From Minisyncoccota bacterium (lineage in GTDB: Bacteria; Patescibacteriota; Minisyncoccia; Phycocordibacterales; UBA9973): a stretch of DNA of 39,013 bases. The notes under the pieces are model-generated. The model was not told the DNA's origin, made no database searches, and was given only the letters and a program-made list of their open reading frames with translations. Position numbers and translations under genes: made by a program. This document shows, piece by piece, positions 1 to 7,195 of the stretch. The DNA is taken from assembly GCA_030157745.1 (NCBI GenBank), contig JAOAUE010000032.1:1-39013 (forward strand). The letters run 5' to 3'. Position 1 is the first letter of the stretch, and the number at the start of each line of letters is the position of its first letter.

Positions 1-44
1 TCGAAATCTTGACGGATCATAAATAAGAGGTATTATAACATAAA

Positions 45-386
45 ATGCATTTTATGGAAAAAATAACGATAGAAAATCTTAAGGAAAAAATTGTCAGCAT
101 GGTAACAAGTATCTTACTAGGAAAAGGGGTTACCGACATCTCAACTAAACCAGAAGGTTCGATCTATAGGAAAAACAACTTGCTATTTTACACACCAAAA
201 AGACCACAAGGTGTTATCCTGAAAATATATAAGAAAAAAGAAGAGGGCAAATTTCATGTTACTATCGAACCAAATTCTTGTGATATTATCTCTTCAGAAA
301 TAACCATATCAAATGTAGAGAGCGGTTGTAAAAAAGTAGCGGAAAACATTGCAGAATTTTTTGATTCTTTAATAATCCTAAATTGA
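45..386 (+). CDS. hypothetical protein (113 aa)
   Basis: Intact ATG ORF immediately followed by a stem-loop plus T-run terminator. No recognisable motifs. Confidence 0.4.
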   Translation: MHFMEKITIENLKEKIVSMVTSILLGKGVTDISTKPEGSIYRKNNLLFYTPKRPQGVILKIYKKKEEGKFHVTIEPNSCDIISSEITISNVESGCKKVAENIAEFFDSLIILN

Positions 387-387
387 T

Positions 388-420
388 GCGTTAGGCCAAG
401 CCTAACGCATTTTTTATTTT
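388..420 (+). terminator. rho-independent terminator
   Basis: Perfect 9-bp stem GCGTTAGGC / GCCTAACGC (388-396 / 400-408) followed by ATTTTTTATTTT. Confidence 0.65.
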
Positions 421-468
421 AATTTAAATTCAACTTATATTTGTAGTATAATTAAAAAAATACCAAAA

Positions 469-639
469 ATGAAAACCCGTAATTTTTTAGGAGTACTTCT
501 CCTTATTGTGGGGTCTGTCATCTTTGTGAGTTTCAAAGCAGTCGAGGAGGGTAAAAGATACCCCCTGACTGCAAAAAAAGAAAAAGTGAGTTCTGTAAAA
601 GAGGTAGAGCCTGACTTTGCAGTAAACCATATTAAATAA
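469..639 (+). CDS. small hypothetical membrane/secreted protein (56 aa, below the ORF-track cutoff)
   Basis: ATG at 469, TAA at 637-639. Translation is MKTRNFLGVLLLIVGSVIFVSF..., with an N-terminal hydrophobic helix. More plausible than the antisense 435..722 ORF, which overlaps the next gene. Confidence 0.3.
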   Translation: MKTRNFLGVLLLIVGSVIFVSFKAVEEGKRYPLTAKKEKVSSVKEVEPDFAVNHIK

Positions 640-699
640 ACAAAAACGGTCGTTCTCAAATCAATGAGGGCGACTTTTAACTTGTGGTAATATCTAAGT

Positions 700-1551
700 A
701 TGAAATTCAAAGAAGTTATCAAGGTTAGTCGTCCAAGATTTTGGCTTTATGAAGCGGCAACTTTTGGACTGGTAGGAACTGTGGGGGCGCTTCAAGGTTT
801 GTCTTTTTTTTCTGACTGGCGATACTGGGTATTTGCCCTCTACTTCCTTATACCAGCAAATATTTTGATTTATGGTATCAACGATATATTTGATTACGAA
901 ACAGACAAGCTTAATCCTAAAAAAGGTGATGATGCATATGAAGCTCTAGTGCCACCTGAGAGACAAAAGTCTCTTTGGAAATGGATTTTGTTTACCAACA
1001 TTCCCTTTTTCTTTTTTATTCCACACTCTATAGAGCTAGTACTTTCATTTTTTGCTTTTGTTTTTTTTGCTTCTTTTTATTCTGCAAAACCTATTCGTGC
1101 AAAAGCAAAACCTGTTATTGATTCACTTTTTTCTGCTGGGCACTATGTGGCAACAGGAGTATTTGGTTATTACCTCGCAGGCGGTGTAGACTTCCCTACT
1201 ATTGGAGTAATAGCTGGAATGCTCTGGGCAGTGGCTATGCATGCCTACAGCGCTGTACCTGACATCAAGGCAGACTTGGGAGCGGGTCTACACACTATCG
1301 CTATTATGATCGGAGAAAAGCGCACCATAGCGCTGTGCTGGTTTTTTTATGCTCTTGCAGACTACCTAGTGCGAGACATTATCCCTGTTGCTTCAGTTAT
1401 AGGAGTAATAGCCTTTTCATACTTTATGTGGCGTAGCACTAAAGCACAGACCCCTGAAGCACTCTTTAAGCTCTATACCTACTTCCCGCTCATCAATACT
1501 ATCATTGGCGCCCTTGTCTCAATGGAGCTGTTTGCGAAAAATATTTGGTAA
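700..1551 (+). CDS. UbiA-family prenyltransferase, possibly lycopene-elongase-like given its neighbours
   Basis: 283 aa, multi-pass hydrophobic. Asp-rich prenyl-diphosphate motif NDIFDYETDKLNPKK. Convergent with a desaturase/synthase pair. Confidence 0.8.
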   Translation: MKFKEVIKVSRPRFWLYEAATFGLVGTVGALQGLSFFSDWRYWVFALYFLIPANILIYGINDIFDYETDKLNPKKGDDAYEALVPPERQKSLWKWILFTNIPFFFFIPHSIELVLSFFAFVFFASFYSAKPIRAKAKPVIDSLFSAGHYVATGVFGYYLAGGVDFPTIGVIAGMLWAVAMHAYSAVPDIKADLGAGLHTIAIMIGEKRTIALCWFFYALADYLVRDIIPVASVIGVIAFSYFMWRSTKAQTPEALFKLYTYFPLINTIIGALVSMELFAKNIW

Positions 1552-1619
1552 TATATATTGTAAAAAGGCGTATAAAGGCCCCGGCAGATCTGATTAACCG
1601 GCTTATAAACAGTCAGAAT

Positions 1620-1646
1620 AACCTCTTTAAAAGAGGTTTTTTATTT
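1620..1646. terminator. bidirectional terminator between convergent genes
   Basis: AACCTCTT-taa-AAGAGGTT hairpin flanked by an A-run and a T-run (TTTTTTATTTTT). Lies between the UbiA stop and the desaturase stop. Confidence 0.55.
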
Positions 1647-3152
1647 TTATATCTTCTCTAATGGAAACGGGTGGGTGATATTTTCTATTCGCTTATAGGC
1701 AAGCTCGGCACTGATAAGACATATCGGCATACCGATACCTGGATTTGTCCCCGCTCCGACGTAGTACATGTTTTTTATCTTTGGATGAATATTGTTGGGA
1801 CGGAAGATAGCAGTTTGTGAAAGTGTATGAGCTAGGCCAAGAGCTGTACCTTTGAAAGCATTGTAGTCAGCAATGAAGTCTTTGACTGAGTACATATGCT
1901 TTACAACGATGCGCTCTTTGAGGTTTGGTATAGAGTAATACTGTGATATTTCTGACAAGACTTTTTCTGCATACTCTGCTGCGAAATCTTCTGTATACTC
2001 CAATCCTGATGCAATAGGCACCAAAACAAATAAATTTTCATCTCCTTCTGGAGCAATGAGTTTATCTGTTTTACTTGGTACGCAAATATACATAGATGGA
2101 TCATCCGGCCATTCTGGTCTTTTGAATATTTGTCCAAAGCCTCTTTCCCAGTCTTTGGTAAAAAGAAGATTGTGGTGTTCCATCTGAGGAAGCTTGCCTT
2201 TTACACCAAGATAAAGAATAAACGCACTTGGAGCCAAAACTCTAGAGTTCCAGTATTTATCTGACTTTGTTTGATAATCTTTTGGTAAAAGCATAGTGTC
2301 GGTATGCCAAATATCAGCATTGGAAACAACAATATCTGCAAATATCTCTTTGCCATTTTGTAGCCTTACGCCTTTTGCCACATCACTTTCTACAATGATC
2401 TCTTTTACAGGAGAGTTCAATAAAATCTCAGTGTTGTATTTCTTGGCGATATTTTCTAATGCTGTCGGGATAGCTCTGATGCCTCCACTTGGGTACCACT
2501 CTCCTAAAACAAGGTCGACATAGTTCATGAGAGTATAAATGCCTGGTGTATCTCCTGGAGCAGTTCCGAGCAAAACCGTTTGATACTGTAGAGTCTTTCT
2601 TAATATTTCACTTTTAAACTTCTTTTCTATGATCTGTTTTTGCTTTTTGAAAAGTGGGAGCTTGGAACCTTGTCGCATAATTCGTAGCGTCATAAAGTCC
2701 CTGATTGAGTTGTAATTTTTGTACATAAACTCTGCTTTTGATAGTTCGTATTGCCATTTTGTTTCTGTCAAAAATTTTTCCAAAACTTCCCCAGAGCCTG
2801 GTTCTATGGATTCAAAAAGTTCTTTGTTTTTTTGCATGTCAGAATAAAACTTATAACTTTTGCCGTCGCTTTTGAGAGTGATTTGGTATGACGGAGAGAG
2901 TCGTTCTAGGTGGTAATGGCTTTTTATATCTTCGCCTAAGATTTCAAAAAAGTGTTCAAATACGTCTGGCATCATGTACCAACTAGGACCCATATCAAAC
3001 GTAAACCCTTGATCATTAAATATTCTGGCACGACCTCCGACCATTTCGTTTTTTTCTATCAGCGTCACCTTGTAGCCTTTTTTGCCAAGCATGCCAGCAA
3101 GAGCAAGCCCTCCAATACCGGCACCTATTATGATTACAGATTTTTTGTCCAT
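1647..3152 (-). CDS. crtI: phytoene/dehydrosqualene desaturase family protein (CrtI/CrtN-like)
   Basis: 501 aa. N-terminal FAD Rossmann motif VIIIGAGIGGLALAGMLGKKGYKVTLIEK. Length and C-terminal GAGTNPGIGMP motif are typical of CrtI-family desaturases. Its start overlaps the upstream synthase stop by 19 nt. Confidence 0.85.
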   Translation of the reverse strand: MDKKSVIIIGAGIGGLALAGMLGKKGYKVTLIEKNEMVGGRARIFNDQGFTFDMGPSWYMMPDVFEHFFEILGEDIKSHYHLERLSPSYQITLKSDGKSYKFYSDMQKNKELFESIEPGSGEVLEKFLTETKWQYELSKAEFMYKNYNSIRDFMTLRIMRQGSKLPLFKKQKQIIEKKFKSEILRKTLQYQTVLLGTAPGDTPGIYTLMNYVDLVLGEWYPSGGIRAIPTALENIAKKYNTEILLNSPVKEIIVESDVAKGVRLQNGKEIFADIVVSNADIWHTDTMLLPKDYQTKSDKYWNSRVLAPSAFILYLGVKGKLPQMEHHNLLFTKDWERGFGQIFKRPEWPDDPSMYICVPSKTDKLIAPEGDENLFVLVPIASGLEYTEDFAAEYAEKVLSEISQYYSIPNLKERIVVKHMYSVKDFIADYNAFKGTALGLAHTLSQTAIFRPNNIHPKIKNMYYVGAGTNPGIGMPICLISAELAYKRIENITHPFPLEKI

Positions 3153-3991
3153 ATAGATTTTAAGAGTAACATTGTTTTTTGTAATGGACTAATAACTATT
3201 CTTTTTGAAAATGTATCGTAGGCTGATTTTTCCATCTCTTGCAGTAGCTCTTTGTAAATAAGATAAGATGCATAAACCGCCTTTCTACCTCTTCCTCTTA
3301 ACATAGTGATACCCCGCTTGCCGTTTTCTAGCAAAGTCTTGGCTCGCCCTACTTCAAAAGCCATCAAATCTCTCCATGCTTGGTCCGAAATATTATTTTT
3401 TATATGATCCTCTGTAACACCAAAGCGATCCATGCCTTCTTTTGGCAAATAAATCCTGCCTCGAGAGATATAATCTTCTTTTGAGTCTCTCAGGAAATTT
3501 ATCAACTGAAAAGCCTCTCCAAGAGATTTTGCGTGGCTAAGTGCCCCTTCATCAAAACCAATGATATGACTCATCGCCATACCGATAACAGAGGCTGAGC
3601 CATACATATACTGCTCTAGTTCTTGGTATGAAGCGTACCTATCTTTTATTAAATCTTGGTGCATAGCTACCAAAAAATCATGGCTATACTCTAGTGGTAT
3701 TTTGTACAAATCAAATATTTCTTTTGTTGCAAAAAGTATAGGGTCATAGCTTTGGTCTTTTTTGCCATCAAGCACACTTTTCCAATCATCAGTCCATTTG
3801 TTTAATTCGAGGAGCGCTTTTTGTTTATCTTGCTGACTATCTACCATCTCATCTGGCAACCGAACAAAAGCATAAAATATCCAAGTCGCCTCTCTTACTT
3901 TTTTTGGAAACAAAAAAGAAGCCCGGTAAAAACCACGGCCAAAATCTTTTGTTATTTTTCTGGCTCTTTCTAAAACTTCTTTTGATATCAT
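3134..3991 (-). CDS. crtB: phytoene/squalene (dehydrosqualene) synthase family protein (CrtB/CrtM-like)
   Basis: 285 aa. Asp-rich motifs (YAFVRLPDEMVD; NFLRDSKEDY) and YMYGSASVIG, as in head-to-head isoprenoid synthases. Operonic with the desaturase. Confidence 0.85.
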   Translation of the reverse strand: MISKEVLERARKITKDFGRGFYRASFLFPKKVREATWIFYAFVRLPDEMVDSQQDKQKALLELNKWTDDWKSVLDGKKDQSYDPILFATKEIFDLYKIPLEYSHDFLVAMHQDLIKDRYASYQELEQYMYGSASVIGMAMSHIIGFDEGALSHAKSLGEAFQLINFLRDSKEDYISRGRIYLPKEGMDRFGVTEDHIKNNISDQAWRDLMAFEVGRAKTLLENGKRGITMLRGRGRKAVYASYLIYKELLQEMEKSAYDTFSKRIVISPLQKTMLLLKSIWTKNL

Positions 3992-4045
3992 TTATAAAAT
4001 CTTTTTTAAATACTCTCCGGTAAAGCTATGTTTATTATTGGCGAC
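3992..4045 (-). pseudogene. relic copy of the uvrA 3' end (last 17 codons plus TAA), abutting the crtB ATG
   Basis: The minus strand reads GTCGCCAATAATAAACATAGCTTTACCGGAGAGTATTTAAAAAAGATTTTATAA, encoding VANNKHSFTGEYLKKIL-stop. This is the same peptide as the real uvrA end at 4116-4169. Confidence 0.8.
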
Positions 4046-4115
4046 CCCGCAGGAAAGTATTGTATCTTATTGCACACAATACTTCCAACGGGGCGAGATG
4101 TGGCTTGATTGTTTT
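4046..4115 (+). other. 70-nt structured insertion element, copy 1 (unknown class)
   Basis: Fold: CCCCG...CGGGG closing helix; GGAA(A)GTATTGT / ACAATACTTCC inner helix with a bulged A; then CGAGATGTGGCT and a T-rich tail. Related copy at 9320-9382 on the other strand. Confidence 0.6.
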
Positions 4116-6830
4116 CTACAATATTTTTTTAAGATACTCTCCGGTAAAGCTATGTTTGTTATTGGCGACTTCTTCTGGGGTACCTTTGGCGATAATTTTT
4201 CCGCCCGCTATTCCTCCTTCGGGACCAAAGTCGATAAGGTGGTCAGCACATTTGATAAGGTCGAGGTTGTGTTCAATCACCACGACAGTGTTGCCTTTGG
4301 CTACAAGGCGATTTAAAACTCCTATCAAGTTCTTTACGTCATCATAGTGAAGCCCAACAGTTGGTTCATCGAGAAGATAAATAGTTTTTTCTAAGTAAGG
4401 ACGATAAAGTTCACTAGCGATTTTTACGCGTTGCGCTTCTCCACCTGATAGTGTTGTGGCGCTTTGTCCGAGCTTCACATATCCTAGCCCTACTTCTGAT
4501 AGAGTTTTGAGTCTGTCATAAACAGCTGGTATATCAGCAAAAAATTCCAAACCTTCTTCAACAGACATTTGCAAAACATCATAAATATTTTTGCGCTTGT
4601 ATTTTACAGTGAGAGTTTCTTTATCAAATCTTTTCCCGCCACAAACATCACAGGTGACATACACAGTTGGCAAAAAGTGCATCTCTACTGCTATCTCTCC
4701 GTTACCTTCACAGGCTTCACATCTTCCACCTTTGACATTGAAAGAAAATCTGTTGACCTTCCATCCACGCAGACGCGCTTCTTCTGTTTGAGCAAATATG
4801 TCTCTGATATGGGTAAATGCTCCTGTATATGTAGCAATATTTGATCTAGGAGTACGACCTATTGGAGACTGATCTATCATGATGGCGCGGGCTAGATATT
4901 CGGTACCAGTAAAAGATGCGCAGTTGTAAACCTTGGCACTACGAAGTTTGCGCTCAAATCTAGCTTGGAGATTTTTGTACAAGATTTCATAAAGAAATGT
5001 ACTCTTACCACTTCCTGAGACTCCAGTGATAGCAACCATTTTTCCAAGTGGTACATCTATATTTTGATTGTGAATATTATGAAGATTTGCTCCGACAATT
5101 TTCAAAACCCCTTTGTCTTGGTCTCGACGCTTCTCTGGAGTTTCTATTTCCTCTTCTTTACGCAAATAAGCTAGAGTTCGAGAACCGCTTTCGTTTTTCT
5201 TGGCGGAGAGAAGTTTGTCCAAATACCCAGAAACAATGACTTGCCCTCCATGGACACCAGCACCAGGGCCAATATCAACAAGATAGTCTGAAGCATAGAT
5301 AGTATCTTCATCATGCTCAACAACCAAAATAGTGTTACCCATATCACGTAGATCTTCCAAAGTCCTTATAAGTCTTTCATTGTCTCTTTGGTGTAGGCCA
5401 ATAGTCGGCTCATCGAGTACATACATGGCCCCTACAAGTCGAGACCCGAGCTGAGAAGCTAGTCTGATACGCTGTGCTTCTCCTCCAGAGAGAGTGTTGG
5501 CGGTACGAGAAAGAGCCAAGTAGTTGAGCCCAACATTAAGAAGAAAGTTCAAACGATCTTCTATTTCTTTGAGAACTGCTTTGGCAACCTCCATATCCTT
5601 GGCCGAGAGTTTGAGAGAGCCAAAGAACTCAAAAGCTTCTTCTACAGAAAGCGAGGTGAGGTCAACGATATTAATTTTCGTCGACTTAAGACTAGTACTT
5701 TTTTTCGTGTCTGGCATAGCGCTAGCTACGAGATCCGAGGACCGAGAAAACCCTGCAGACTTGGCGCTTGTAGACTCCAAAAATACATTCAAAGCTTCTG
5801 GGCGAAGTCTCTTGCCTCCACAAACTTCACAAGCCTCTGTGCCACCAAAGAACTTTGTTCCAATACCATTACACTCAGGACAAGCTCCATATGGCGAGTT
5901 GAAAGAGAAAAGTCTCGGCTCAATCTCTGGAAAAGAATACCCATCATTTGGGCAAGAGAACTTGGAAGACATCAAAAACTCTTGAAGAGTTTGTGTCTCC
6001 ATATCAAAGTCTTCTGATACACCAAAAACTACTTGGACCAATCCATCAGCCTCAAGGAGAGCTCGCTCTGTTGCTTCAAAGAGTCGGAGCTCTGCATCTC
6101 GAGGGCTATCTTTAAATTCGTGAACCGCTAATTCATCTACTAAAACTTCGATAGTATGCTTGTCATTTTTCTTGAGCTCTATACGCTCTCGGAGTTTGTG
6201 AATCTTGCCATCAATACGCACAGTGCTAAAACCTTTACCTATCAGATCATATAGGAGTTGATAGTACTCCCCCTTTCTTCCGCGAACAATCGGCGCATAT
6301 ATTTGAATTCGAGTGTCATTAAATTCCACACCCATTACGGACTTATTTTTAGCTTTAGAAAATTCTTTTATCTTTCCTAAAATAAAAGTATTTATTTCCT
6401 CTGGAGAGAGCTTTTGTATAAGAGTGCCACAAACAGGACAATATGCCTTGCCGACACGCGCATATAGCACGCGCATATAGTCATACATTTCAGTGATTGT
6501 CGCGACCGTAGAGCGAGGATTGTTGGAGCGAGATTTTTGGTCAATGGAAATCGCAGGAGAAAGACCACTGATTTCATCAACATCAGGCTTGGGCATTTGG
6601 TTTAAAAATTGCCGAGCATAACTAGATAGACTCTCCACGTAACGACGCTGTCCTTCCGCGAAGATAGTATCAAAAGCCAAAGAGCTCTTGCCGGAGCCTG
6701 AAAGTCCGGTAATAGCGATCATTTTACCTCGAGGCATCTCAACAGACACATTTTTGAGGTTGTGTGTTCGAGCACCTTTGACTACTATAAGCCCAGCATT
6801 TGATTCATTTTTTGACTCTGCTTTCTTCAT
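4116..6830 (-). CDS. uvrA: excinuclease ABC subunit UvrA
   Basis: Two ABC modules (GLSGSGKSSLAFDT, GVSGSGKSTF, two LSGGEAQR signatures) and CxxC zinc modules. The ATG at 6830 (MKKAESK...) is preferred; the ORF track starts at a GTG at 6890. Confidence 0.95.
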   Translation of the reverse strand: MKKAESKNESNAGLIVVKGARTHNLKNVSVEMPRGKMIAITGLSGSGKSSLAFDTIFAEGQRRYVESLSSYARQFLNQMPKPDVDEISGLSPAISIDQKSRSNNPRSTVATITEMYDYMRVLYARVGKAYCPVCGTLIQKLSPEEINTFILGKIKEFSKAKNKSVMGVEFNDTRIQIYAPIVRGRKGEYYQLLYDLIGKGFSTVRIDGKIHKLRERIELKKNDKHTIEVLVDELAVHEFKDSPRDAELRLFEATERALLEADGLVQVVFGVSEDFDMETQTLQEFLMSSKFSCPNDGYSFPEIEPRLFSFNSPYGACPECNGIGTKFFGGTEACEVCGGKRLRPEALNVFLESTSAKSAGFSRSSDLVASAMPDTKKSTSLKSTKINIVDLTSLSVEEAFEFFGSLKLSAKDMEVAKAVLKEIEDRLNFLLNVGLNYLALSRTANTLSGGEAQRIRLASQLGSRLVGAMYVLDEPTIGLHQRDNERLIRTLEDLRDMGNTILVVEHDEDTIYASDYLVDIGPGAGVHGGQVIVSGYLDKLLSAKKNESGSRTLAYLRKEEEIETPEKRRDQDKGVLKIVGANLHNIHNQNIDVPLGKMVAITGVSGSGKSTFLYEILYKNLQARFERKLRSAKVYNCASFTGTEYLARAIMIDQSPIGRTPRSNIATYTGAFTHIRDIFAQTEEARLRGWKVNRFSFNVKGGRCEACEGNGEIAVEMHFLPTVYVTCDVCGGKRFDKETLTVKYKRKNIYDVLQMSVEEGLEFFADIPAVYDRLKTLSEVGLGYVKLGQSATTLSGGEAQRVKIASELYRPYLEKTIYLLDEPTVGLHYDDVKNLIGVLNRLVAKGNTVVVIEHNLDLIKCADHLIDFGPEGGIAGGKIIAKGTPEEVANNKHSFTGEYLKKIL

Positions 6831-6921
6831 AAATATAAGCGATTGTACCACAAAATTAGAAGCATTCCCTGTATATCTGTAGAGCCCCACCAGTAATCAT
6901 TTATACCTCTACAAAGAGAAC

Positions 6922-6950
6922 TTGACATGAATGTTGTAAATATGTAGTAT
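6922..6950 (+). promoter_or_regulatory. sigma70-like promoter
   Basis: TTGACA (6922-6927), 17-nt spacer, TAGTAT (6945-6950), about 15 nt upstream of the 6965 ATG. Confidence 0.5.
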
Positions 6951-6964
6951 CAATAAAAAAATAC

Positions 6965-7153
6965 ATGATTATTATGAATAAACATCCTTTTTTATCAGAC
7001 TCATGGATTGACGAACACCTCTCCAACTTAGATGGAGAAACTTGTACTAGCGAACATCCTTACTATGGACATAAAAAATGCTTAGCGGATAATTGGAAAG
7101 AAGTACTTTTTACTATAACCCTTGGGATTTCTGTAATTTTGATTTTTACTTAA
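6965..7153 (+). CDS. small hypothetical protein with a C-terminal TM helix (62 aa)
   Basis: ORF preceded by a consensus-like promoter and followed by a hairpin plus T-run. No family recognised. Confidence 0.4.
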   Translation: MIIMNKHPFLSDSWIDEHLSNLDGETCTSEHPYYGHKKCLADNWKEVLFTITLGISVILIFT

Positions 7154-7167
7154 GATAAAGTACTTAA

Positions 7168-7195
7168 AACGGGCTTCTAAGCTCGTTTTTTTTTA
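7168..7195 (+). terminator. rho-independent terminator overlapping the uvrB stop region
   Basis: AACGGGC...GCTCGTT stem with one G-T pair, followed by a run of 9 T. Confidence 0.45.

Noticed and set aside
435-722. 95-aa minus-strand ORF
   Set aside because: It overlaps the UbiA start and reads antisense to a more plausible small plus-strand ORF (469-639). Its composition looks like antisense translation of AT-rich DNA.
3992-4169. Simple target-site duplication, or CRISPR-like repeat duplication, as the explanation for the duplicated gene ends at uvrA and uvrB
   Set aside because: The duplicates are ~45-54 bp and start exactly at the ORF boundaries. They differ only by synonymous changes (uvrA) or conservative changes (uvrB) clustered at the ORF-boundary (stop/start-codon) end of each duplicate. 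No cas genes or arrays are present. The explanation is kept open in the findings.
4038-4347. Plus-strand ORFs 4038..4316 and 4060..4347
   Set aside because: They are antisense to the uvrA 3' end and run through the hairpin element. No support was found.
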